Shown: piece after piece, positions 1 through 8,621 of the stretch | Layout of the letters: each line of letters begins with the position of its first letter | Position numbering within the stretch: the first letter of the stretch is position 1 | Source: Nitrosopumilus sp. | GTDB taxonomy: Archaea > Thermoproteota > Nitrososphaeria > Nitrososphaerales > Nitrosopumilaceae | Length of the DNA stretch: 64,000 bases | Assembly (NCBI GenBank): GCA_965206745.1 | Contig: OZ242220.1 | Location: 928,001-992,000 of the forward strand | Direction: 5' to 3' | Program-made: the position numbers and the translations under genes | Notes under the pieces: generated by a model | What the model was told of the DNA's origin: nothing | Seen by the model: the letters and a program-made list of their open reading frames with translations, nothing else | Database searches by the model: none

Positions 1-240
1 GGTCCTGACGAATACCGACTGTGGCCCAAGGCCTCCTTTGAGGTTGGAAGAATACAAGAGGCATATGACAAGCAGATCTTGCGCGATTGGCTGTCTGCAA
101 ACGGATATCAAAAACAATTTGATGACTCGCGCAATGCAGGGCTGGAACCTGTCGCACCGCAAATCCCAGCAGAGATCATCTCAAAGATGACAGAGCGCTA
201 TGTCACTGCATACGAGAAACTAACCGGGCATTGCCTGTAA
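1..240 (+). CDS. purC: SAICAR synthetase, 3' end (partial)
   Basis: Frame 1 reads GPDEYRLW...QEAYDKQILRDWL...ERYVTAYEKLTG, a PurC C-terminus; stop at 238-240. Confidence 0.85.
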   Translation, partial: GPDEYRLWPKASFEVGRIQEAYDKQILRDWLSANGYQKQFDDSRNAGLEPVAPQIPAEIISKMTERYVTAYEKLTGHCL

Positions 241-386
241 CACTATTCATTCATAGCTGACTAGAATCTAACTTTCGACTCGAATTTTATTTTTGGCACT
301 CTGTAAAATATCCCCCTGACAGGCAAATTGCCGACATGTTCTCCCAAGACGTGCCTTTTTTGATATTTTTGAAAATTTCAAGACCC

Positions 387-501
387 CTACAATAATCATT
401 ACTCCGATACCATGTTTATTGTAGTGCTATTGAAAATATTAGATGCGCTACAATGTATATTGTAACGGTTACATCAAAATCATAACAGTACAATATACAT
501 T
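387..501. promoter_or_regulatory. Array of TACAAT/ATTGTA inverted-repeat half-sites upstream of the ArsR-type regulator
   Basis: CTACAATAA 387-395 / TTATTGTAG 416-424; AATGTATATTGTA 452-464 / TACAATATACATT 489-501. Confidence 0.55.
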
Positions 502-581
502 AAAGTAAACAAAAATTTATGCGATTAGACAAAAAAATATGATACGCGGATCTTTTAGATCGGTATTCAAAGATATTTTGT

Positions 582-1100
582 ATGTCTACGTTACTAGAAA
601 AGCAAATCAAAGTTAATCGTACTGTTACGACAAGCATTGGACACGCGCGTGCAATTGAAGACCCTGCACGGGCAAAGATAGTTGAAATCCTGTATCATCA
701 GGCATTATCAGCTGATCAGATTTCAACGGCGCTCAAAAAGACCGGATACAAAAAGGCACTAACCACAGTCCGCCACCACCTGGAAATTCTAAAGGGATCC
801 GGACTAATAGAGATTGCAAGAATCGAGGAATCACGTGGTGCCATTACAAAGTTCTATAGCACATCTACAAAGCTGCTTGATTTTCAAACCCCTGAGGATT
901 TTGATTCGACATACTCTCAAATCATCGACACCACGTCTGCAAAGGTTGAAAAGATTCTCAAAGGCCTGACGCCAAAGACTACAAAATCAAAGGGCAAAAA
1001 ATCCGCAGAATACTCCCAATACCTCGTAATGGAGATTATGAACAGGGCAATGACTAACGTCCTTGAAAAATCAAGTGCAAAGCAATCCAAACGAGCTTGA
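582..1100 (+). CDS. ArsR-family winged-helix transcriptional regulator
   Basis: AIEDPARAKIVEIL...TTVRHHLEILKGSGLI HTH pattern. Confidence 0.85.
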   Translation: MSTLLEKQIKVNRTVTTSIGHARAIEDPARAKIVEILYHQALSADQISTALKKTGYKKALTTVRHHLEILKGSGLIEIARIEESRGAITKFYSTSTKLLDFQTPEDFDSTYSQIIDTTSAKVEKILKGLTPKTTKSKGKKSAEYSQYLVMEIMNRAMTNVLEKSSAKQSKRA

Positions 1101-1217
1101 GATGATCAACTGCCTCTTTACCGATCAAGTCCGATTTTACCCTAAATCCAAAAACATGCAAAAAATACCTCCAAAACGCACCCGCGCTGAGGAATATGTG
1201 CAAAAGGTGAAAGACTA

Positions 1218-1622
1218 GTGGATGAAAAATCCGTAAAACTGTTTTCGGAGAAAAACCTTGTCTTTATTGCGACTCTGATGAAGGACGGCTCACCCCAGGT
1301 CTCACCTGTCTGGGCAAACTATGCTGATGGGTTTATTTTGGTAAACACTGCAGAAGGCAGGATAAAGCACAAAAATATCTTGCGTGACCCACGTGTCGCA
1401 GTATCTGCCGTCTCAAAAGACAATCCCCTTGATATGACAACGATTCGCGGGACAGTCCAGGAACTGATTCCAGACTATGATTACAAGCATGCCGATGAGT
1501 TGACTTTGCAGTACATGGGACGGGAGCGCTATCCGTTCAGACGTGACGGTGAAAAAAGAGTCATACTAAAAATAAGACCGGACAAGGTTTTTGTCCTGCC
1601 TGAGTTGAAGATGAATCAGTAG
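1218..1622 (+). CDS. PPOX-class F420-dependent oxidoreductase
   Basis: IATLMKDGSPQVSPVW...KHKNILRDPRV motif. Confidence 0.85.
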   Translation: MDEKSVKLFSEKNLVFIATLMKDGSPQVSPVWANYADGFILVNTAEGRIKHKNILRDPRVAVSAVSKDNPLDMTTIRGTVQELIPDYDYKHADELTLQYMGRERYPFRRDGEKRVILKIRPDKVFVLPELKMNQ

Positions 1623-1634
1623 CAGTTTGGAATC

Positions 1635-1656
1635 TTTCTAAATTCGAATTTAGAAA
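1635..1656. repeat. 22-bp perfect intergenic palindrome TTTCTAAATTCGAATTTAGAAA, copy 1
   Basis: Read directly; lies between convergent genes. Confidence 0.9.
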
Positions 1657-1705
1657 TATAATACATTCAGTAGGGGCAGATTAGAAAAAAGATAGCATAG
1701 ACAGC

Positions 1706-2056
1706 TTAACGTCGACGTTTAGCTGCCTTTCTCTTTGGAGCGGCTCTGCGTTTTGGTGCTGCCTTTCTCTTTGGAGATGCTTTTTTAGATGCAGTTCTTC
1801 TCTTTGGAGCGGCTCTGCGTTTTGGTGCTGCCTTTCTCTTTGGAGCTGCTTTTCGTTTGACTGCAGTTCTTCGTTTTGGTGCTGCTTTTCGTTTGGAACC
1901 AGATTTACCTGCGTTCTTTCTACGAGTTGCTGCTGCCTTTCTTTTACGAGCTGCTGCGGCCTTTAATGCCTCTGCTGCCTTTTTAGCTGCATTCCTCTTT
2001 CGAGTTCTTGCGGCCTTTTTAGCTGCTTCGGCTCTTTTGGCTTGAGATATTGCCAT
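1706..2056 (-). CDS. Histone H1-like Lys/Arg/Ala-rich basic protein
   Basis: Repeated KR(K/R)AAP hexapeptides; almost no acidic or aromatic residues. Confidence 0.75.
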   Translation of the reverse strand: MAISQAKRAEAAKKAARTRKRNAAKKAAEALKAAAARKRKAAATRRKNAGKSGSKRKAAPKRRTAVKRKAAPKRKAAPKRRAAPKRRTASKKASPKRKAAPKRRAAPKRKAAKRRR

Positions 2057-2159
2057 AACTTTTTTGCGAAGATCATAGATGTTATATTGTAAAAGTCATA
2101 CAATACTACGCTGTATATAGAAAAATTTGACACCTTTTTTGATTTTTACAGATCACCGA

Positions 2160-2645
2160 TCAGCAATTTATGATACAAACGGAAGCTGTATCCACAGTAG
2201 ACTGATTCTTTTGCGGACGAACGAGTATCTTGTATTGGGATTCCTCATCAAATGGAATGTCAAACTGCGTTGTTCTCTGAATCTGTTTGTCTGGTTCAAG
2301 TGCTTCTAAAAGCAGGTCTTTTGCCGAAAATTCCCCAAAGAATGCCTTGTATTTCTTTTCTTTCTCATCGACAATGTAAAACTGCCCTCCTGACATGATA
2401 GTTTCCTCATCACTGATGTTTTTTGCGGCAATACCGATCATCACAAATGTGTTTTCAGGCTGTTTATCCTTGTTTCCGTTATGGGTCCCTTCAAATGTAA
2501 TGACATACTCTACAGGTCCTACGATGACTGATTCTCCCTCATTTGCTATGATATAGTTTGTCTGATACTGGGTATACATGAATAATGCAAGCACCATTGA
2601 TGCTATGATTACACCTAATACTATTACAGTTCCAATTCCGCCCAT
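2160..2645 (-). CDS. Membrane-anchored DUF4352-like (Ig-like) protein
   Basis: N-terminal TM helix followed by a beta-rich domain (F.IVDE.EKKY...L.P...FDIP). Confidence 0.7.
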   Translation of the reverse strand: MGGIGTVIVLGVIIASMVLALFMYTQYQTNYIIANEGESVIVGPVEYVITFEGTHNGNKDKQPENTFVMIGIAAKNISDEETIMSGGQFYIVDEKEKKYKAFFGEFSAKDLLLEALEPDKQIQRTTQFDIPFDEESQYKILVRPQKNQSTVDTASVCIINC

Positions 2646-2875
2646 AATTTTTCATGATCATTTTAGTATATAGTTGAAACGCAGAAAAATTGGGATGATT
2701 ATGACCAAAATCCCCCTCCCATATTTGATCTAAATCTTGCAGTAGATGATTTTCAGGCAAATCTGCATATTCATCGGCAGGAACCAAACCATGATTCCCT
2801 TGGTGACTCAAACTCTAACTGCTCAAATCACTCCGTTTTTTCTAGTTTTTTGCACAACATTTGGGGGGTTGAGCT

Positions 2876-3045
2876 TTTAGGCACGAGTATGATAGTTTGG
2901 GGATGTTTTGCCCGGAGAGCGGGGTGAAATTAGGGTTGCCTGTTGCATCTAGGCACAAGTGTTAAACCCCCCGTCAAAACGCCTGATCCTGAAAATTTCA
3001 CATTATGCCTAAACATGCTAATTTTCAGGGGGGTTTAACGCCTAG
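2876..3045. repeat. Interrupted inverted repeat with repeated TAGGC motifs (origin-like)
   Basis: GTTAAACCCCCC 2961-2972 / GGGGGGTTTAAC 3028-3039; CCTGAAAATT 2988-2997 / AATTTTCAGG 3020-3029; TAGGCACRAGT at about 2878 and 2950. Confidence 0.6.
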
Positions 3046-3065
3046 GCTTGATTTTGCAAAATTGC

Positions 3066-3263
3066 TCATTTTAGAACTTTGTCTGAATCTGGCATGATCT
3101 CACATGATGTTTGTAATGATGGGCGGGTATTTCTCCTCAAAGGGGAGAGAGGGGGGATGCTTGGGGGTTTTTTTGGAATCTGTTCTTGTAACTCTTGCTG
3201 TTTTAATTCATCCTGAGCTGGACAATTACTGCCAGGAAACCATGACTTGAAGAGATTATTCAT
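3066..3263 (-). CDS. Small hypothetical protein, Pro-rich, last of a chain of overlapping mini-ORFs
   Basis: ORF track; its start overlaps the end of upstream ORF 3256-3339. Confidence 0.35.
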   Translation of the reverse strand: MNNLFKSWFPGSNCPAQDELKQQELQEQIPKKPPSIPPLSPLRRNTRPSLQTSCEIMPDSDKVLK

Positions 3264-3502
3264 ACATTTGAGTTTCCTGGTTCACATGTGCCGAGAATCC
3301 CATATGTTCTTTTGATGATGCTCGTTTTACAAACATCATTTCATGGTTACATTCATTGTCAAAAAGTCCTCTTTTTTGAATCTCGGACTTTTCATGAAAT
3401 CTGCTTTTGATTTACAGGTTGTAAATTTTGTTGCCATCATGCCTGTATGATGGTACATTTTTGATGCAGGATTCTCTCCAGAACGGCAAATCCTCTATTT
3501 TT

Positions 3503-3952
3503 TTAAAATGTCTTCAGTAAAAATCTGGAAACTTTGTCATATTTTTCAGAAACGCTGTCTATTGCTTCAAACATTGTCTGCTGATTGATATTTTCCTTAT
3601 CGTCCATCACCACATAGATGCCTACCTTCTGCTTTCCATCCTCTGTGATGATCTTGTTGATTACTTGTATAGAATAGCAAAAATCCCCCACTTTTTTCTC
3701 AAATCTTTCTTTCTCTTGGGTATTAAACCCCAAATACCTTGCAATTTGATTATTTTTCATTATGACCTTGGCCCCTATGACTATAATTCCTAGCTGTTTT
3801 TTTGGCTCAAAGATGTCTATGGGAATTCCGTACGGTCCTGCATGTTTTAGGAGAACTTGAAAATTATTTTCGGGATTTTTTACCTCTCCAAACGAAAGCC
3901 CTTCATGAATTACCCATCTCTCTACACTGTCTCTCATCTGGGATGTACTCAT
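3503..3952 (-). CDS. DUF2299-like conserved archaeal protein
   Basis: ERWVIHEG...ENNFQVLL N-terminus resembles the family. Confidence 0.6.
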   Translation of the reverse strand: MSTSQMRDSVERWVIHEGLSFGEVKNPENNFQVLLKHAGPYGIPIDIFEPKKQLGIIVIGAKVIMKNNQIARYLGFNTQEKERFEKKVGDFCYSIQVINKIITEDGKQKVGIYVVMDDKENINQQTMFEAIDSVSEKYDKVSRFLLKTF

Positions 3953-4017
3953 AAAAGATCTCTCAAATTGGTTCTATATGACTCTAAATCTGAAAGATTG
4001 CCATGCTGGATTTAGAA

Positions 4018-4043
4018 TATTTCTAAATTCGAATTTAGAAATA
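4018..4043. repeat. 26-bp perfect palindrome containing the 22-bp core, copy 2
   Basis: TATTTCTAAATTCGAATTTAGAAATA read directly. Confidence 0.9.
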
Positions 4044-4079
4044 ACAATTTTCTTTATCCGAGAAGCAAGAAACTGGTTG

Positions 4080-4307
4080 CTATATGTTCACATTAAAGCC
4101 CGAATCCGAGCCTGGAGCCGCCCCTAGTATCAAAATATTGAAAATTATCCCAATTATCATAAAAATAATCCCAACATACATGCAATTTTTTGCTTTATTG
4201 GGATCGCTCTGCCGTAGGATGAAAAATGCGATTATCCCGCCAATCATTCCAAAGAGAATTGGCAACAAAAACCATGCATTACTTTTGGGTTTTACTGGAT
4301 AGTCCAT
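4080..4307 (-). CDS. Small two-TM membrane protein
   Basis: WFLLPILFGMIGGIIAFF..DP.KAKNC pattern with two hydrophobic helices. Confidence 0.75.
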   Translation of the reverse strand: MDYPVKPKSNAWFLLPILFGMIGGIIAFFILRQSDPNKAKNCMYVGIIFMIIGIIFNILILGAAPGSDSGFNVNI

Positions 4308-4318
4308 GCCACTTGTCT

Positions 4319-4567
4319 CTACTTTGCAGTTATTACTTTTCTCTGTAACTGTGTAATCTCAATTTCCACTGTTTCTAGAGGATCATCTACCTGATTGCGT
4401 CTAATTGAGAACATTTTTGGCTTTTCAAAGTCATCTGTGCAATCCGGGCATGCATACACTAGTACTCTGTGTTCGTTGGGCGCCTTGGGGTTTGACAGTC
4501 TTGGATAATATACCAGTCTTGCTCCGCAATCAACACAATATCTGTTGGCCCTTCTGGTTCTAACCAA
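4319..4567 (-). CDS. Small zinc-ribbon protein
   Basis: CVDCG...CPDC. Confidence 0.75.
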   Translation of the reverse strand: MVRTRRANRYCVDCGARLVYYPRLSNPKAPNEHRVLVYACPDCTDDFEKPKMFSIRRNQVDDPLETVEIEITQLQRKVITAK

Positions 4568-4658
4568 TGTAAGCCTCCTGCATTATTCTAGATATGCGAT
4601 CACCTATTAGATCTATATTGTCTAATAGAGTAAACCAATTACTAACAACCGATCAATA

Positions 4659-4680
4659 TTTCTAAATTCGAATTTAGAAA
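4659..4680. repeat. 22-bp perfect palindrome, copy 3
   Basis: TTTCTAAATTCGAATTTAGAAA read directly. Confidence 0.9.
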
Positions 4681-4729
4681 CATATCTGATCATCATCTGT
4701 GATTCCCTTACAACTGTGAAAATAAAATA

Positions 4730-4751
4730 TTTCAAAACTCGAGTTTAGAAA
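4730..4751. repeat. Variant palindrome TTTCAAAACTCGAGTTTAGAAA, copy 4
   Basis: Three differences from the core, two of them a symmetric compensatory pair. Confidence 0.75.
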
Positions 4752-4757
4752 GAAGAG

Positions 4758-4831
4758 CGCCTCCCACCAGACTTGAACTGGTGACCAACCGGTTAACAGC
4801 CGGTTGCTCTACCACGCTGAGCTAGGGAGGC
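4758..4831 (-). tRNA. tRNA-Asn (GTT)
   Basis: GCCTCCC/GGGAGGC acceptor stem, ACCGG-CTGTTAA-CCGGT anticodon arm, TTCAAGT T-loop. Confidence 0.97.
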
Positions 4832-4902
4832 ACACGATTGTACCTTGGCAAAAGTGATTTAATCTTTGCGACTATGCTTAATGAACTAAAATCGGAAAAT
4901 CT

Positions 4903-5190
4903 TTAGTTGAATTTTGCAAAAAACTCTTTGATCTCTTTTGCATGACTTTCAACTAGTTCGATTATCTCCAGGTGTTCGTCTGCTGTAGGTTCTCTTTTAT
5001 GTACAATCTGAAATGCACTAAGTGCCGAACCTACCATCTCGCCTACAAAAAATCCACACAAAAAATCTCCGATATTCCCACATTCCCACATCTCCCCTAT
5101 TCTTGGAGATGCACCTGCAGATTTGTATAATTCCAATGTCTGCTCGATTAGTTGAGTTGTCTGCTTTGAAAATTCAGGATCAAGGGTCAT
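4903..5190 (-). CDS. Conserved hypothetical protein at the end of the ribosomal operon
   Basis: ORF track; co-oriented, 15 nt after rpl6. Confidence 0.8.
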   Translation of the reverse strand: MTLDPEFSKQTTQLIEQTLELYKSAGASPRIGEMWECGNIGDFLCGFFVGEMVGSALSAFQIVHKREPTADEHLEIIELVESHAKEIKEFFAKFN

Positions 5191-5205
5191 TTGTTAATCT
5201 GAATT

Positions 5206-5760
5206 TTACTCTATGCCTTTCTTCTTTTCAAATGAGTAGATGCCGTCAAGGAACACTCTGTGGTCTTTGTTCTTTACTTTAGATCTTAACTCGATATTTG
5301 CTGCGGTCTGAGTGATATCTGTCCATACTTCCCCTGTGAGAATCACGTCTTCACCTTTTGGAACCACTTTGGTATTTCCAACTATGTTTGTAATTCTTGG
5401 TGCACGCTCTCCTTGGAAATTCTCAATCAGGATTTTTTTACCTTCCACTTTTACTGTGATTGGAAAGTGTGAAAACACGACTTTCATTTTAATTGTATAT
5501 CCTGTAACTAGGCCCTCGCAAATATTTTTAATTATTGATCTTGCCGTATGCAATATTGCATAGTCTCTCTTCTTTTTTTCTATTGAGGTTAGGAGAATTT
5601 TGCCTTCTGTTATTTCGATTTTCACTGGGATGCTTCGAAAGCTTTTGTGAGTTTTTCCTAGCGGTCCGACAAAATGCAACATGTGCTTCTTTAGTGAGAC
5701 TGTCACTCCTTGAGGGATGACTACCTCGTCTTTGAACTCTTCAACTTGCTTAGTAGACAT
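5206..5760 (-). CDS. rpl6: 50S ribosomal protein uL6
   Basis: SHFPITV...ENFQGER...DHRVFLDGIY. Confidence 0.97.
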   Translation of the reverse strand: MSTKQVEEFKDEVVIPQGVTVSLKKHMLHFVGPLGKTHKSFRSIPVKIEITEGKILLTSIEKKKRDYAILHTARSIIKNICEGLVTGYTIKMKVVFSHFPITVKVEGKKILIENFQGERAPRITNIVGNTKVVPKGEDVILTGEVWTDITQTAANIELRSKVKNKDHRVFLDGIYSFEKKKGIE

Positions 5761-6142
5761 AACCTATCAAAAATCCTCCTATTCCTTTCTGTAATGCTTC
5801 GTGATGTGACATTACTCCTTGGTTTGTTGTTACCACGAGCATGCCCCTGTCATATGCAGGCAAGTACTGTTGCTCCCAATTATTGTATTCATCGGTTCTA
5901 ACTTTGAATCTTGGGGAAATTGCTCCGCATTTTGTTATCTTTGCCAATAGCTTGATTTTGAATTTTCCGCCTCTTTTGTCATCAATGTGCTCAAATTCTC
6001 CTACATACCCTTCTTTTTGAAGCGTCTTTAGCACTTCAATTCCTAGTTTTGATGTTGGAAGAATAATGCAATCTGATTTCCTTCTTGTCTCATTATTGTA
6101 GAGTGTGACAAATAGATTTGCTAAGATGTTTGTTGCTGGCAT
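5750..6142 (-). CDS. rps8: 30S ribosomal protein uS8
   Basis: GYVGEFEHIDDKRGG...LVVTTNQGVMSH. Confidence 0.97.
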   Translation of the reverse strand: MPATNILANLFVTLYNNETRRKSDCIILPTSKLGIEVLKTLQKEGYVGEFEHIDDKRGGKFKIKLLAKITKCGAISPRFKVRTDEYNNWEQQYLPAYDRGMLVVTTNQGVMSHHEALQKGIGGFLIGYVY

Positions 6143-6149
6143 TGCTATA

Positions 6150-6329
6150 TCACTTGTTTTTCCTGAACCCTAAAGATGTTGCGACTTCTCTAAAACATCG
6201 TCTGCACAGCATTAAATCATATTTTTGAATAACTGCCGTATAATCCCCGCATCTCTTACACCATCTGGAACCTCTTCCAAAGTCGTGCTTTTTTCTTCCG
6301 GTTGCTTCGTAGGATCTGTCTTTTGCCAT
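6150..6329 (-). CDS. rps14: 30S ribosomal protein uS14 (Zn-binding), absent from ORF track
   Basis: Hand translation MAKDRSY...GRGSRWCKRCG...LCRRCFREVATSLGFRK, 59 aa, expected operon position. Confidence 0.95.
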   Translation of the reverse strand: MAKDRSYEATGRKKHDFGRGSRWCKRCGDYTAVIQKYDLMLCRRCFREVATSLGFRKNK

Positions 6330-6850
6330 TATGTTACAGTCACTCCGAATTCCTTTGTCAGATATTCCTTTGCTTCCTGACTTTTTATGATGTGTGCTTT
6401 TCCAATTCTAGCTTTGTGTTTGCTTCGAGTTCTAATTCCAAATCCTGGCCTGGTTAGTGTAATTGAGATTCCAAGGCCCAGTATTCCGATTTGAGGATCG
6501 TACTTTACACCCTGGATGTCTATGTGCTCATTAATTCCAAATGAGAAATTCCCAAAATTGTCAAATGATTTGCCATTTACTGTGTTGCCTTTGGCATCAA
6601 GCAATCTTTTCAATAGTGCCACAGCATCATCCCCGCGAATTGTTACTGCTACGCCTATTGGTTCGCCTTTCCTGACTCCCCAGTCTCTGTATGCTGCCTT
6701 TGCATTGCGTGTAGATGGCTTTTTTCCAGAAATTTGCTCTAGTGCTTTTATTGCAATATTGATTACATCGCCTGATTTTCCTAAACCCATGTTTAATACA
6801 ATCTTCTCTAAAGAGATTTTTTTCATTGGGGATTCTGTTACTTGAGACAT
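6329..6850 (-). CDS. rpl5: 50S ribosomal protein uL5
   Basis: EKIVLNMGLG...FDNFGNFSFGINEHIDI..KYDPQIGI. Confidence 0.97.
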   Translation of the reverse strand: MSQVTESPMKKISLEKIVLNMGLGKSGDVINIAIKALEQISGKKPSTRNAKAAYRDWGVRKGEPIGVAVTIRGDDAVALLKRLLDAKGNTVNGKSFDNFGNFSFGINEHIDIQGVKYDPQIGILGLGISITLTRPGFGIRTRSKHKARIGKAHIIKSQEAKEYLTKEFGVTVT

Positions 6851-6854
6851 GTGA

Positions 6855-7571
6855 TCACTTTAGTTGAATTATTGGCTCCTCTTTTCCAATTGGCATGATG
6901 ATGTCTGCGGGAATTTCGATTTTCCTATCCCCTAATGAAAGAATTACTCTTTTTGGAAGGATGAAGGTTCCTTCCTCTACGGTTTCAATTTTTCCAATTT
7001 GACCTGCGTTACTTCCTCGCGTAACTAGTCCCTGACAACCTGCTTCTAATTTAATTACTTCAATAATCTTTTGTTCTGGAACCTGAATCAAGCATGTATC
7101 TCCAATACTCACTTTGGTATCTGAGATTACTGAACGGCCGTCATGGAATCCAACTTGCATCTTTCCCTTGTTTAGCGTGGTTTTTGTAACGACTCTGACA
7201 AGTTTTTTAGATTTTTCTGATTCGTTAATTTTAATCGGCTCTAGTAGTTTATCTTCAGTTGGAACCAGACGGTAAATTTCTGGAACATTTTCTAGCTCCA
7301 CGACATCCATTAACCCAATTGCATGGTGGAGTGATTTTCTTACAACCCCGTCAATCTTTACCTTTCCAGAATAAATTGTAGCCTTTGCTTCTCTTAGACT
7401 GGTTACAATACTTAGCATGTCTCTAAGAAATACGGCAGTCGGTACTGAATCGCTCTTTTTATGTGGACCAGGCTTTACAGTAATTACGAACCTCTTGTTT
7501 TTTCTGGCAATACCCCAGAATTGTGGAGCCATTTGACGTTTGAGTTTCTTACTGCCTGCTATGCTTACCAT
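6855..7571 (-). CDS. rps4e: 30S ribosomal protein eS4
   Basis: KKLKRQMAP..W...PGPH...VKIDGVVR. Confidence 0.97.
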   Translation of the reverse strand: MVSIAGSKKLKRQMAPQFWGIARKNKRFVITVKPGPHKKSDSVPTAVFLRDMLSIVTSLREAKATIYSGKVKIDGVVRKSLHHAIGLMDVVELENVPEIYRLVPTEDKLLEPIKINESEKSKKLVRVVTKTTLNKGKMQVGFHDGRSVISDTKVSIGDTCLIQVPEQKIIEVIKLEAGCQGLVTRGSNAGQIGKIETVEEGTFILPKRVILSLGDRKIEIPADIIMPIGKEEPIIQLK

Positions 7572-8194
7572 TAATTCTCATCTTCCTCTTTTTTGGCTTT
7601 TTCTGCTCCTTTTGTTTCTTTAGGGGGCGCCTCTACAACCTCTAGCTTTGTTTCCTTGGGTTTCTCTACAACCTCTGGCTTTGTTTCCTTGGGTTTCTCT
7701 ACAACCTCTGGCTTTGTTTCCTTGGGTTTCTCTACAACCTCTGGCTTTGTTTCCTTGGGTTTCTCTACAACCTCTGGCTTTGTTTCTTTTGCTATTTTTG
7801 GCTTTGTCTCTGCATCCACTTTGGGTGTTTTTGGTTGTTTTCTAGGATCTTTGCCCTCTAGTTTTGCAATTCTCCACTTGTCTTCTGTATTGAGTGAAGT
7901 AACTACAAGATTGGATGTGTGGATGTAAACGTCAAATTTATCGCCCTTTGTTTTTTCTTTCTTTACCCCTTCAATTGCAACACTGCTTTTGGGTATGGAT
8001 ATTTTAGATACCTTGCCATCCACACCTTTGAACTCTCCTCTGAGTATTTTGATACTGTCACCTTCAATCACTCTGACACTTTTTTTGCCGTATTTTTTAT
8101 GAAGATCCTTGGAAAGTGTACTGCCAAGCTGCTTGCTTTTGGTTTTGTATGTTGCCTGATAAATCATCTGATTGCGCATTTTTGTTGGCTTCAT
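7571..8194 (-). CDS. rpl24: 50S ribosomal protein uL24 with repetitive C-terminal tail
   Basis: [16 protein letters not shown] motif and IHTSNL. Confidence 0.95.
   Translation of the reverse strand: MKPTKMRNQMIYQATYKTKSKQLGSTLSKDLHKKYGKKSVRVIEGDSIKILRGEFKGVDGKVSKISIPKSSVAIEGVKKEKTKGDKFDVYIHTSNLVVTSLNTEDKWRIAKLEGKDPRKQPKTPKVDAETKPKIAKETKPEVVEKPKETKPEVVEKPKETKPEVVEKPKETKPEVVEKPKETKLEVVEAPPKETKGAEKAKKEEDEN
7631..7788 (-). repeat. 33-bp coding tandem repeat ([11 protein letters not shown]), about 4.7 copies
   Basis: Units start at 7631, 7664, 7697, 7730 and 7763. Confidence 0.9.
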
Positions 8195-8198
8195 TCTA

Positions 8199-8621
8199 TC
8201 ATACCACCATTGATGCCAAGTTAGCTACTCTTGGCCACTTTTCTGTAGCTTCTGCTGCAACTGGTCCTTTGATGTCTGTCCCCTTGGTCTCTCCTTCCGG
8301 AGTGATAAGCACTGCTGCGTTATCCTCAAAACAGACTCTTACACCGTTTAATCTTCTGACTGCATATTTCTGCCTAATGATTACCGCGCCATACACCTGC
8401 TTTCTTAACTCTGCAGGACCTTTCTTGACTACCACATTGCAAAAGTCTCCGACAGACGCTGATGCAAGTCTGGATGATCTTGTATGGTGTCTTGGAACGT
8501 TGATTACTTCTAAAATTTTAGCCCCTGAATTATCTGCACACACGATATTTGCACCAATTGGAATTACTTTAGTTACATACGGTCTGAATTCCTCCACTCC
8601 CTTGCCTGCTTGCTTTGCCAT
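8199..8621 (-). CDS. rpl14: 50S ribosomal protein uL14
   Basis: CADNSGAK...FEDNAAV; start moved to MAKQ. Confidence 0.97.
   Translation of the reverse strand: MAKQAGKGVEEFRPYVTKVIPIGANIVCADNSGAKILEVINVPRHHTRSSRLASASVGDFCNVVVKKGPAELRKQVYGAVIIRQKYAVRRLNGVRVCFEDNAAVLITPEGETKGTDIKGPVAAEATEKWPRVANLASMVV

Noticed and set aside
270-290. TTTCGACTCGAATTTTA as a fifth palindrome copy; AATTCGAATTT at about 16218
   Set aside because: Too degenerate, or only a partial core inside a coding sequence
1156-1218. 20-aa ORF MQKIPPKRTRAEEYVQKVKD overlapping the PPOX start
   Set aside because: Too short to support; may only host the GGTGA ribosome-binding site
1857-2045. Antisense and shadow ORFs in the track (also 7593-7928, 8116-8631, 18551-18927, 24002-24700, 40229-40777, 52840-53251 and many more)
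   Set aside because: They overlap well-supported genes on the other strand or frame and mirror their codon or repeat patterns
4630-4657. GTAAACC-N14-GATCAAT as a third BirA box
   Set aside because: The right arm has too many mismatches
2660-4758. Intact integrated element at tRNA-Asn
   Set aside because: No integrase and no duplicated tRNA 3' end seen; the intervening genes look like core genes
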